44,401 bases of DNA from an uncultured Rhodocyclaceae bacterium (GTDB lineage: Bacteria > Pseudomonadota > Gammaproteobacteria > Burkholderiales > Ga0077523), in the NCBI GenBank assembly GCA_964510915.1, contig CAZEDA010000002.1, positions 1 through 44,401 on the forward strand. Reading direction: 5' to 3'. Of this stretch, positions 17,262-25,880 are shown one piece after another. The stretch's first letter is position 1; every line of letters begins with the position of its first letter. Made by a program: the position numbers and the translations under genes. A model generated the notes under the pieces. The model searched no databases, was not told where the DNA came from, and saw nothing but the letters and a program-made list of their open reading frames with translations.

Positions 17262-17825
17262 GATCTCGTCTGCGATATTGCGACCACCAAGTTCAAGACT
17301 GGCCGGGTCATTTCAAGCCACCCAGGACAAGGGGGTCGTGTGTCGCGTTCAGTCTGCAGTCGGTTGAGCCGGAATGATACGCCGAATGCATGGTAAGCAG
17401 TCGGTCGACGCCGGAGGCCGTGAGGCACTGCAAGACGAACCGAGCCCAATGAGGGAGAGCCCTCGCTTGCGCCGGTCGTCGCGCCTTAGGTCTTGCCGGG
17501 ATCGGATCGAGGGCCGTGTTCCCGGTGTCTTCGATTGGGGGTTTCCCCGGGGCGACGAGGCACGCGGATCGTGTGGCGAGGCCCAGCGCGTTGCGTGGGG
17601 AGAAGTGGGTACAGGCGGTGTCGGGCAGTCTGCCGCCGTCCGCTTTCCTGGCCATCGAGCGATGTACGCGAGCTTGGCGGACTGTCCTTAAGGTATATTC
17701 CATCGGGAAGTTTCCTTGCGACGTTTCGGCGCGGCACGGGCACCTGCAGGTACTGGCCGTCGTCCCGTGCACGCCGAGCACTCTCCTGGTCCATGACCAT
17801 GGGAGAACTCTTCTTGGGGGAGTCC
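17074..17825. promoter_or_regulatory. Long divergent intergenic/control region between wzm (minus) and a lipoprotein gene (plus)
   Basis: About 750 bp with no ORF of recognisable family. It must contain the promoter of the wzm-wzt operon and of the lipoprotein gene. The only AT-rich patch is CTTAAGGTATATTCC near 17688-17702. Confidence 0.35.
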
Positions 17826-18206
17826 ATGAGGTTGCGTTCCGGGTTTGCTGTCGTGCTGATGGCGGTTCTGGTGGTTGCTTGTGGCAAGGGCGATGAGCCC
17901 GCGAAGAACAGTGACCAAACTGCAAAGCCCGTGGAGACACCGGCCACACCGAAGTACGACATCCCCGCAGATGCAGGCGAGATGACTGCCGACGCAGCGA
18001 AAGGGGACTGGAACGTGGGCCCAGCGGTCGCGAAGGTAGTGATCGAGGGCGACCAGATCACCTGTGTCAACGAGAAGGGATCGTCCAGCAAGTGTCAGAT
18101 CGAGGAAGGCAAGGTTCTCGTCGCCACCGATTGGCGGGTGTACGCATTTCTGCTGGCGGGTGGCAAGGTTTTGCGTTGGAGCGACGGAAGCGGGTGGACC
18201 CGATAG
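17826..18206 (+). CDS. Small secreted lipoprotein (126 aa)
   Basis: The ATG at 17826 is preceded by GGGGGAG. Signal peptide MRLRSGFAVVLMAVLVVAC with lipobox LVVAC, followed by a Gly/Asp/Glu/Pro/Lys-rich linker. The upstream part of track ORF 17493..18206 is Arg-rich junk. Confidence 0.75.
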   Translation: MRLRSGFAVVLMAVLVVACGKGDEPAKNSDQTAKPVETPATPKYDIPADAGEMTADAAKGDWNVGPAVAKVVIEGDQITCVNEKGSSSKCQIEEGKVLVATDWRVYAFLLAGGKVLRWSDGSGWTR

Positions 18207-18233
18207 TGCAGGCGACAGGCCGCCCGCGCGCTT

Positions 18234-20096
18234 TCAGCGCGGAACCTGGAATACGCAAATGCGCCGCCCGACCGTTTCGAAACATCCGCGGGCCACGATT
18301 CCCTCGGGCAATGGCGCCTTTGCCATGTCTATGAACTGGCGGGTGTGTTCGACGTAAGGATCCTGCCAGTTCACGTCTGCCGGCGAGTCGAACATGTCCA
18401 CGAGGATGTATTCGAAATCGCGCGCCTTGATCTGCTCTGCAAGGGTTGCCGGCTTGCTGAAATCGAGATCCCCCATGAAGTGCACGTAGATGGGAAGCCC
18501 TCGCTCGGTTGCCAGCGTCGACAGTGCCACCGGTTCGAACATCGGGAGGCGCAGCCGTTCGCAATTCGCATAGTCCCTGTAACAGTAGGTGTGGGCGGAG
18601 ATCCGGCCTGACTTGATCCCGAGTCCGATCAGGCCGTCGAGAACCGGTACGTTGGGGTCGGTTCCCGTATCTGGCGCTCGAAGATGGCCGAAAACCGATG
18701 CAGTCGAAACCAATACCGCCGGAAGCCGAACGCGCAAGCCGTTGGCCGTGGCGGCGGTTGCCATCAGCAGTGCAGTGGCGGTTATCGCTGCAAAGCGGAG
18801 TCGCGGTCCCAGTCCCGATGGCGCCAGCGCGAGTCCGGCGAGTCCGATGTACAGAAACAGCATCGGTGGCATGACGCGCCGCATGTCGCTCGTGCCGGTT
18901 CTCGACAGCATCCAGAGCATCGGGATCATCGCCAGCGCCGATAGGGCGAGCAACGCCATGTGCGTCTTGAGCACCCCTCGTCCCTTGGCTCCCGACGGCA
19001 ACACCAGCGCGATCAGCGTGCATGCGATCAGCGCGAAGAGGAGGTCGGGCGAGTATTGCTGCAGCAGGCGCCAGAATATCGTCCACGGCGGAACGCTGAG
19101 GAACTCCTGGTCGGTCAGCTTGGCCAGCGATCCGAAGGAAGTGTCGTAGGCCCACAGGTACAGCAGGCGGACCGTCGGCAGATGCCAGGCCACGGCAACG
19201 GATTGCGCCGCGCCGAGATAGCCGAGAAACGGGCTGCTCGCGAGGAGGTGCCTGCGGCGCAGCAGCAGGACCGTCGTCGCCGCCAGGACCATGAGATAGG
19301 GTACGGAGCGTCTGGTCTCGGGCTGGGTAAGCCAGCCTACCGCGGCGCCTGTCAGCAGCAATGCGCCCAGGTACCAGAGGGCCTCTCTTCGTGGTAGTCG
19401 ACCGCGCCGATACTCGAAGTGGAGGAGCGCCAGAACAGGAAGCGCGCTGAGTAACGCGGTCTCCACGGGGCGAATCGCGCCCATCAGGCCAAGCCAGATT
19501 CCGCCAAGGACGAACTGCCGTCCAGAGCGCTCGCGCAGGGCAAGCGCCGTGTGGTGTAGGCATCCGGAGGCTGCCGCCAGCCAGTAGAGTTCGGAATAGA
19601 GGACGTTGGTGTAGCCCACCAGCCAAGGCATGCCGCACAACAGCAGGCTCCCCGCGATCGCGCGGCCTGGCGAAAGAGTCTGGCGAAAGAATCGGTAAAG
19701 ATAGATTCCGAGAACGGCGATTCCGGCGAACTGCGTTAGTGCAACGCCCCCGAGAATGCTTCGTTCCGCCATCCAGAAGAACGGCGTGGCGAGGGCCGGA
19801 AATATGATCGGCCTCCAGCCTCGTTCGAAGTAAAGGCCTTTCAGGCCATCGATGGCTCCGGTGTCGAATCGCGACAGAATGTTCTGGACGTTCAGCACAT
19901 AGTTGGCGGAGTCCCAGATGGGCAGCCTCTGGTTGAACGCATGCCAGGGGATGACCATCGCAAACAGGACGACGACCAGCAGGAGTGCCGGATAGATCTC
20001 CGTTCGAGGGCCTGTTGGCTCCACCAATCCGCCATTCCCTGGCGGGCTCGTTTGGATGCGCTCCTCGGGAGAGCGGTTCCGGTGAAACCACTTCAT
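18234..20096 (-). CDS. GT-C fold glycosyltransferase (ArnT/PMT_2, GT39/GT83-like) with a C-terminal soluble domain
   Basis: ATG at 20096 (MKWFHRNRS). There are roughly a dozen hydrophobic helices. An early loop with acidic/aromatic residues (LPIWDSANYVLNVQNIL) follows TM1. The last ~130 aa are hydrophilic. The track ORF extension to 20300 is non-coding-like. Confidence 0.8.
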   Translation of the reverse strand: MKWFHRNRSPEERIQTSPPGNGGLVEPTGPRTEIYPALLLVVVLFAMVIPWHAFNQRLPIWDSANYVLNVQNILSRFDTGAIDGLKGLYFERGWRPIIFPALATPFFWMAERSILGGVALTQFAGIAVLGIYLYRFFRQTLSPGRAIAGSLLLCGMPWLVGYTNVLYSELYWLAAASGCLHHTALALRERSGRQFVLGGIWLGLMGAIRPVETALLSALPVLALLHFEYRRGRLPRREALWYLGALLLTGAAVGWLTQPETRRSVPYLMVLAATTVLLLRRRHLLASSPFLGYLGAAQSVAVAWHLPTVRLLYLWAYDTSFGSLAKLTDQEFLSVPPWTIFWRLLQQYSPDLLFALIACTLIALVLPSGAKGRGVLKTHMALLALSALAMIPMLWMLSRTGTSDMRRVMPPMLFLYIGLAGLALAPSGLGPRLRFAAITATALLMATAATANGLRVRLPAVLVSTASVFGHLRAPDTGTDPNVPVLDGLIGLGIKSGRISAHTYCYRDYANCERLRLPMFEPVALSTLATERGLPIYVHFMGDLDFSKPATLAEQIKARDFEYILVDMFDSPADVNWQDPYVEHTRQFIDMAKAPLPEGIVARGCFETVGRRICVFQVPR

Positions 20097-20232
20097 GTGA
20101 CGCTGTCTCGGCGGGGCGCGGTCAGAGGATTGCGAAGGTCGAGCCAAGTGACCGGGTTGCCGAAGGCGCCATGCTTCGGCAGATGCATGCTGAGGCCCAT
20201 CGGATGGCGACTGATGCCATTGCCAGGACGGC

Positions 20233-21198
20233 TCATCGTGTCCGCCTGCCGGCCCGGTTTCCGAGCATGTTCGCGGCAAAACGCGCGCATCCGCGCGCAA
20301 ATGCCCTGAGTCGGGGATACGGTGTCACCAGCCTTCTCCCGGCGAGAATCGCGCGCCATCCGGCGCTGCGCTCGATCTCTTCAAGCCGTGCACGTAACCG
20401 TTCAACGTCTCGCAACGCGACGATCAGCGCCGTCGAGGATTCGAGGTCGGGCGACTGCGAGGCCAAGGCTCCGTTCGAACTCGAGGCGGCCAGCGCGCTG
20501 GCCGCCTCGCCACTTTCCCTGTATACGCTGAAGCATTGCGGATGCACTACGTCCAGCAGCGACGGCCTGTCGGAACTCAGCCCGGCAAGCCGGTCCATCA
20601 CTTCTCTGCGGCTCGACTTCACGAACAGCAGGGTGTTCTGCCGATACCACCATTCGACGCGTTCGTCGTACCAAAGCACCGGCCGAAGCAGATCGAAACA
20701 CGTGTATCCCCTGGCCTGGAAACGGGATACCCAGTAGCTGGCCCAGCGTTCGTTGATGTGCTGCGTCCCTCCTTGCCCCGGGATCGCCGCTCCGAACACG
20801 ATGCAGTCGCTCAGGTCTGTGAGATTGTCGACGAAACCATCGGCGCTGGAGGCTGGAAGATGCTCCGCGACTTCGAGCGTGATCGCGAGATCGAACCGCT
20901 CCCCGAGGTCGAACTTCTCTGCCAGATTTCTCCGCACGAAACTCCCCGAAGGAATGTGCAGGAGCTCCGCAGGGGCGTCACCGCCGTCGAGGCCGAGGAC
21001 TCTCGGCACGCCTTCGAGGGAGAACTGATGCAGCCAGGTTCCCGTTCCGCACCCTACGTCGACAACCGACCGCGTATCCGGGAACAGTTCGAGTATCCGC
21101 GGGACGACGGCGGCGGCTGACCGGGCAGATCCGGCGACCTGAGCTGCGTAGAACGCCTTGTCGTAGACCTGTCGAAGGCTCTTGATGTCGCTCTGCAT
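20233..21198 (-). CDS. Class I SAM-dependent methyltransferase with a C-terminal helical tail
   Basis: SAM motif I VVDVGCGTGTWL, post-I LGLDG, and motif II-like FDLAITLEVAEHL. The C-terminus LIVALRDVERLRARLEEIERSAGWRAILAGRRL resembles the tail of the sulfotransferase protein. ATG at 21198. Confidence 0.85.
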   Translation of the reverse strand: MQSDIKSLRQVYDKAFYAAQVAGSARSAAAVVPRILELFPDTRSVVDVGCGTGTWLHQFSLEGVPRVLGLDGGDAPAELLHIPSGSFVRRNLAEKFDLGERFDLAITLEVAEHLPASSADGFVDNLTDLSDCIVFGAAIPGQGGTQHINERWASYWVSRFQARGYTCFDLLRPVLWYDERVEWWYRQNTLLFVKSSRREVMDRLAGLSSDRPSLLDVVHPQCFSVYRESGEAASALAASSSNGALASQSPDLESSTALIVALRDVERLRARLEEIERSAGWRAILAGRRLVTPYPRLRAFARGCARFAANMLGNRAGRRTR

Positions 21199-21233
21199 GG
21201 TTGCGTCCTTCCGGCGAATGGTTGAGCAGCGCA

Positions 21234-21899
21234 CTACAACGAAAACGGAGAGCCGCTCGCCGCGTATTCGTTGGTCTTCCTGACGATATATGGTTCCGTG
21301 CTCCACTCACCGAGAAACGGGTCGGGCGAGGTGCGCTGGAACACCAGTGACTTGCCGAGATCGAGCGCAAGCGTGAAGCCGGGCTGCTCGGTAAGCAGGC
21401 GAGCCAGTTCCTTCACGGAATGCAGCTGGACATCATCGATCATCAGGAAGCCGCCTGGCTTGAGCAGGTAGTTGCAGTAGAAGAAGTCAACAAACACCAT
21501 CGGCCAGTTGTGTCCGCCGTCGATGAGAATGAAGTCGAATCTCTTCTCGTCCGCCACGCCATCGCAAAGCTTCGGAAGAACCCACTCGGATCGGGCGACG
21601 TGGGCTTCCAGCGAATCCGCCGACACGTCATTGGCTTCGCAGTAGCGAACTATCCTCTCGTACAAGGATTGCTCGGGGGCGATGGAGACCAGCTTGCTCG
21701 GCGACAGGAAGAGAAACGTGATGGTCGAGTTGCCGGCGCCCGTCTCGAGAATCCTCGGGGAGGCGGGCAGACGGCTCTTGAGGAATCGCTGCAGAGAGAG
21801 GAGGTGCTCCGCCTGAAAGCCGCCCGTATTCCAGGTGACGCCGCCGTCCCAGGAGTGCAGCAGCGGTATGTTCGCCAGATAGGCATCGAAAGAGGTCAT
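21234..21899 (-). CDS. Class I SAM-dependent methyltransferase (Methyltransf_24/O-MT family 3-like)
   Basis: ILETGAGNSTITFLFL, FDFILIDGGHNWPMVFVDFFY, LLKPGGFLMIDDV. Confidence 0.85.
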   Translation of the reverse strand: MTSFDAYLANIPLLHSWDGGVTWNTGGFQAEHLLSLQRFLKSRLPASPRILETGAGNSTITFLFLSPSKLVSIAPEQSLYERIVRYCEANDVSADSLEAHVARSEWVLPKLCDGVADEKRFDFILIDGGHNWPMVFVDFFYCNYLLKPGGFLMIDDVQLHSVKELARLLTEQPGFTLALDLGKSLVFQRTSPDPFLGEWSTEPYIVRKTNEYAASGSPFSL

Positions 21900-21943
21900 G
21901 GTGGGCTCGTCGGGACGGGTTGCTCGGATTGATGGGGGTTGGA

Positions 21944-24055
21944 TCAGTCGGCTGGCTCGAGCAGGTCTCTCAGCCGGGACAGGACCGCCGCTCGACTGAT
22001 TGACGCCCTGTAGCGGTCGTCGCCAGAGACCTTGCCGTTTTGAGCGCCGGCCGCCAGAAAAATCTCGTGGATGGCTCGTCCCACCGACTCGGGGGTTTCG
22101 TCAGCGACCGCAGTGCCGAGTTCGTACTGCTTGACGAGTCGTCCGACGATGCTGTCGGCGGTGGCGACCACGGGACGGCGACCCCACGCATAGTTCGGCA
22201 GGACACCGCTCATGCACTTGCGCTGGTCTTCCTGATACAGGAGAAGACCGACATCGGTCGCACCGATGAACTCGCCGAGTTCACGCTCGGTGAGGACGGC
22301 AAACGCGAGCGGGTCGGCCGAGGACCGCAAGGCGACGTGGCTGGGGTAGCCGAGAGTACGCAACCGCTGCGCGACGGCATCCGCCTGGTAGTCCTTCGCG
22401 CGGCCTCCGAAAAGGAAGAACATCTTGCCGCGTGATTCGACCGGCACGTGCGCCAGTGACTCCAGCAGCAGCTCGTAGCCCTTTCCCTTTCTCGCTTCAC
22501 CCAGAAGCGAGAACACCACCATGTCGTCGGATGCACCGATGCGTTGCCGGGTGGGCGTCGAATCTCGATCGAGGTACGGGGCGTGCGTGGGATGCAGGGG
22601 CAGGTACGTCACGGGACCGATGCCGTGCTCCTCCAGGAGCTTGTCCTGCATGCTCTCCGCGAGGACCAGTATCTGCATCCTGTCTGCCACGCCCCGAAGC
22701 AGTTCCGCCTGCTCCTTGGTCCACGGCAGACGGTGGAGGATCCCGGTGATCGGCAGCTTCGAATTCCGGATCAGGCGGTCGAATCGTGGCCAGGACGGCC
22801 CCCACAAGAATGGCTCCAGGGTCAGGAATGTGAGTGACGCCAGCTCCGTCGTAAGGCACTCCTCGAGCTTGTCTAACTCGGCGTCCTGTCGGTCCCAGAG
22901 ATTCCCATGGAGGAGGCACAGCTGAGCGCCAGGGAGTTCGCCGTAGATGTCGTACAGGAACGCGTGCGAAGAAAGCGAGTCGACCATCAGGTGCCGGGTT
23001 CGCGGACCCACGGCCATCACAGGCTGGAAGACGTAGGAAGGAACCGAACTCGCCGCGGGACTCTGCTCGGCGACGGATGACTTGACGGGAGGCGGTGCTG
23101 CGGTCGAGGCGGACAGAAACGGGTGCTCGAACGCGGCATCCGCTTCGTTGTTGGCGTTGAGGACCAGAAGCAGCAGGTGGTAGACGATATCGATCTGGGC
23201 CGTGAAGACTCGGGGGTCGCGGGTCGCGAACAACTGGGCGAAGGAGGAGTCCACGCCCGCCTCCGTACATGCCCGCAGGAGCTCTGCACGGGACTGTTCT
23301 GCATTCCAGAGCGGCGATTCGTGAAGGAGTGTCGACACCGCCTGCCAGGCCATGCGTGCCCTGAAATAGTTGCGCGTCACACGGCCTTTGTGCACCAGAT
23401 GCGTGACACGGGCTCGGGCCGCATAGAAACTCTCGTGGCCTCGCTTGCGCAGGGCCAGCTGCACTTGAATCTCCTCGTCGCTCAGGAGTGTTCGCGCGCC
23501 GATCCTGCCCAGACCGGTATCGAAACCGCCCACTTCCCGCAGCGCCTCGGCCACGAACGCCATGTTGGTGCCGTAGGCGAACTCGTAGTCGGACATGGGA
23601 TGGTCTGCCGAGCCGTAGTCGAGCACTGTCAGACAGGCGAGATACTTGTCGGGAAGCCACGAGGGTGGGGCAACGGGCCACCTGGGGTCGATCGGTCCCG
23701 CGACGACGCTCGCTCGAGACGAGCCGAACGCCTCGACGATCGACTCGAGCCAGTGGGGGCTCGGCGTCGCGTCGTCGTCGATATAGACGATGAACGGCGT
23801 GCGGCAGGCGGCGAGGGCGGTGTTTCGCGCCCGCGACAATCCAGGTGGCGTGGACACCACGACGTCCAGTCCTGCCGTGCCGGCAACCTGCTGCGCAAAC
23901 GCCTGCCGCTGTTCTTCGCTGTCCGTGTTGTCGACCACGAGTACTCGGAAGCGATCCCGCGGCAGAGTCTGGTGCGGCAGTTCTGCCAGCAATTGCGCAA
24001 GAAGATCGTATCGCCGGTAGGTGCAGATGGCGACGGTGATGACTTCGTCTGTCAC
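21944..24055 (-). CDS. Two-domain glycosyltransferase (N-terminal GT2, C-terminal GT-B/GT4-like)
   Basis: GTG start. The N-domain has VITVAICTYRRYDLLAQLLAELPHQT...VLVVDNTDS...VYIDDDA. The C-terminal third has MVVFSLLGEARKGKGYELLLESL...FFLFGG...RRPVVATADSIVGRLV, typical of GT-B retaining transferases. This architecture is typical of ABC-pathway glycan polymerising enzymes. Confidence 0.85.
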   Translation of the reverse strand: MTDEVITVAICTYRRYDLLAQLLAELPHQTLPRDRFRVLVVDNTDSEEQRQAFAQQVAGTAGLDVVVSTPPGLSRARNTALAACRTPFIVYIDDDATPSPHWLESIVEAFGSSRASVVAGPIDPRWPVAPPSWLPDKYLACLTVLDYGSADHPMSDYEFAYGTNMAFVAEALREVGGFDTGLGRIGARTLLSDEEIQVQLALRKRGHESFYAARARVTHLVHKGRVTRNYFRARMAWQAVSTLLHESPLWNAEQSRAELLRACTEAGVDSSFAQLFATRDPRVFTAQIDIVYHLLLLVLNANNEADAAFEHPFLSASTAAPPPVKSSVAEQSPAASSVPSYVFQPVMAVGPRTRHLMVDSLSSHAFLYDIYGELPGAQLCLLHGNLWDRQDAELDKLEECLTTELASLTFLTLEPFLWGPSWPRFDRLIRNSKLPITGILHRLPWTKEQAELLRGVADRMQILVLAESMQDKLLEEHGIGPVTYLPLHPTHAPYLDRDSTPTRQRIGASDDMVVFSLLGEARKGKGYELLLESLAHVPVESRGKMFFLFGGRAKDYQADAVAQRLRTLGYPSHVALRSSADPLAFAVLTERELGEFIGATDVGLLLYQEDQRKCMSGVLPNYAWGRRPVVATADSIVGRLVKQYELGTAVADETPESVGRAIHEIFLAAGAQNGKVSGDDRYRASISRAAVLSRLRDLLEPAD

Positions 24056-24146
24056 GGGGTGGACACCCTCATGCTTGGTTGACGGGAGCTCTCCCGCATC
24101 GGATCCGGGCCCGGCGCGCTGCGATCGGACAGAAGGGCGGGCATGT

Positions 24147-24527
24147 TCAGACCACCACGAAATCGAGCCGCTTGCGCGATGCCGCCATCAGGTGATGGTA
24201 GCGCGCGTACAGGTGACTGGTGACGATGACAAGAGTGTTGGCAGACCGCGGTTCGGCCATGGCAAGGGGGACGTCTTCCGTGCGGCGGATGACCCTGATC
24301 CGCAATCGTGGCAGTACCCGGATCGCCGAGAAGGTCCTCAACAGGATGGCCTCCCGCCAGCTATCCACGAGAAGAACGAATTGCAGATCCGCGCGCAGAT
24401 CCTGCCGCAGGAACGCAAGATTCAGCAGGAGAGATTGCAAGCTGGCGGACTTGATCCGGGTCTCCGTCAGAAACTGGGCCCAGCGGTCGGATATGCGAGC
24501 TGTCAGTGCGCGACTCGGGGCGGACAT
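24147..24527 (-). CDS. Hypothetical protein (126 aa)
   Basis: The ATG at 24527 is preceded by a perfect GGAGG with 6-nt spacing (GGAGGTAAGGCATG), and it starts 3 nt after the upstream TAA. It fills the only gap between two GT genes. I recognised no family. Confidence 0.6.
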   Translation of the reverse strand: MSAPSRALTARISDRWAQFLTETRIKSASLQSLLLNLAFLRQDLRADLQFVLLVDSWREAILLRTFSAIRVLPRLRIRVIRRTEDVPLAMAEPRSANTLVIVTSHLYARYHHLMAASRKRLDFVVV

Positions 24528-24530
24528 GCC

Positions 24531-25880
24531 TTACCTCCGCAGCTTCCGCGCGATCCGCCGGCGCAGGAAAAGATAGCCCATGCCGAGCGCCCGGGCGAAG
24601 AAGGTGACGGCGCCGGCCAGGGGAAGAGCAACATGAACGGTCCAGGGGAGGGCCCGATGGAGCCGATCCCGCACAATCTCCAAAGACGCACCCTGTACTT
24701 CGAATGCTTCGCGCCGTGATGCCAGAGACGGATGCCCGAACACCCGCGGATAGGCGCGGAACCCGTCTTCGGAAGGCTCCACGACGAACCCGTGCCAGAG
24801 GTCCCGTCGGACCGAGCCCTGGAGCCAGCGTTTGCCGACTCGAAGCGACTCGTGGCGCCACGAAGATCGGTAGTCTGCGGAAATCACGAATTCTTCCTGG
24901 CGCGACTGCGACCCGCTCTCTTCGCGCAGTCTGCGGATGGACGCGTTCTCGAGCAATGGCAGCACACGGCCGCTCGTGAGCGCGTCCAGCGCGGTCGTCG
25001 AGACCTGACGGCCATCGTGGGGGCCGAGATAGTTGTCAGCGCCCGCCTGGCCGGGATGCCAGGTGTGGTAGAGAAACTCGTGGCGATGCCAGACCTCGCT
25101 CAAGCCGCGGTTCACAAGTCGGAACGTCATCTCGTACGGGCCGCAGACATGCCCCAGGAAATCGATGTGCTCATCGGCGCCGCCGATTGCGATGAGGTCG
25201 CTTCGCCTCGCGCACATGCAAGCTCCGAAATTGCGGTTGTGTATCGGGTCGCTCTCGTCCGCCAGGCCGCTCGTGAGATCGCCGGCCCGATTGATGCACC
25301 CTCGGCCCGTCACGTCCTCGAAAGAAGGAAAGGCGAAGGGATACAGATCCCGTCGGATGTTTCGAAACTGGTCGATGTGAAGGACGATGTCGGGCGAGGC
25401 ATCGAACGCATCGATGATCGCGCGGATGAATCCGGGCTTCACCATTGCATCGGAGTCGCAGATCACGCAGATGTCACCGCGGGCAACGAAGATTCCGGCG
25501 TTGTACATCAGGTGCTTGTGGTAATAGCACTGCTCAGGCATCTGTAGCAGGACCCAGGCGTCCACCTGTTGCTCGAACTTGCCCACCGCTTCCGAGACCC
25601 GGGAGTAGTACTCCACCACGATGACTTCGAACTGATCCCGGTCGAGATCCTGCGCACTCAGGTAGTGCAGAAGGTGAAAGCTCTCCCGGACACTCCAGTC
25701 GAGCAGGATCAGACTGACTCTTGGACGCTCCCGCCGGCTTCGCCGGATGAAATGCAGCCCGGGTTCCTCGGCCATGGCGGGTATGCCTTCGCGAGCGGCC
25801 GGGATGCCGGACGGCTCGGGAAGATCCCGGACCGACGGCGTGTTCAGCGGCAACGGAAAGGACGTGGTCGCGTCAGACAT
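24531..25880 (-). CDS. GT2-family glycosyltransferase with a C-terminal membrane anchor
   Basis: RVSLILLDWSVRESFHLLHYL...FEVIVVEY...NAGIFVARGDICVICDSDAMV (DxD). The C-terminal hydrophobic helix VHVALPLAGAVTFFARALGMGYLFL is followed by RRRIARKLRR. Its ATG overlaps the upstream stop by 8 nt. Confidence 0.85.
   Translation of the reverse strand: MSDATTSFPLPLNTPSVRDLPEPSGIPAAREGIPAMAEEPGLHFIRRSRRERPRVSLILLDWSVRESFHLLHYLSAQDLDRDQFEVIVVEYYSRVSEAVGKFEQQVDAWVLLQMPEQCYYHKHLMYNAGIFVARGDICVICDSDAMVKPGFIRAIIDAFDASPDIVLHIDQFRNIRRDLYPFAFPSFEDVTGRGCINRAGDLTSGLADESDPIHNRNFGACMCARRSDLIAIGGADEHIDFLGHVCGPYEMTFRLVNRGLSEVWHRHEFLYHTWHPGQAGADNYLGPHDGRQVSTTALDALTSGRVLPLLENASIRRLREESGSQSRQEEFVISADYRSSWRHESLRVGKRWLQGSVRRDLWHGFVVEPSEDGFRAYPRVFGHPSLASRREAFEVQGASLEIVRDRLHRALPWTVHVALPLAGAVTFFARALGMGYLFLRRRIARKLRR

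Noticed and set aside
17614-17621. GGCGGTGT, a near match to the ops/JUMPStart core (GGCGGTAG) used by RfaH in polysaccharide operons.
   Set aside because: It mismatches the invariant part of the element. It is also oriented toward the small lipoprotein gene rather than toward wzm. I found no exact ops element in either long leader (17074-17825, 28727-28943).
17308-17949. 213-aa minus-strand ORF spanning the long intergenic region.
   Set aside because: Its N-terminal third is antisense to the well-supported lipoprotein gene and is Arg/Pro-rich. Only the part from 17703 downward looks mildly coding-like, and it has no SD or family match. I kept it as a question in the findings, not as a feature.
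20159-20180. Hairpin GCCGAAG-N8-CTTCGGC downstream of the methyltransferase stop, considered as an intrinsic terminator.
   Set aside because: The stem is only 7 bp and no U-tract follows on the transcribed (minus) strand. The next gene continues 60 nt further on in the same direction. It is more likely chance or a minor RNA structure.
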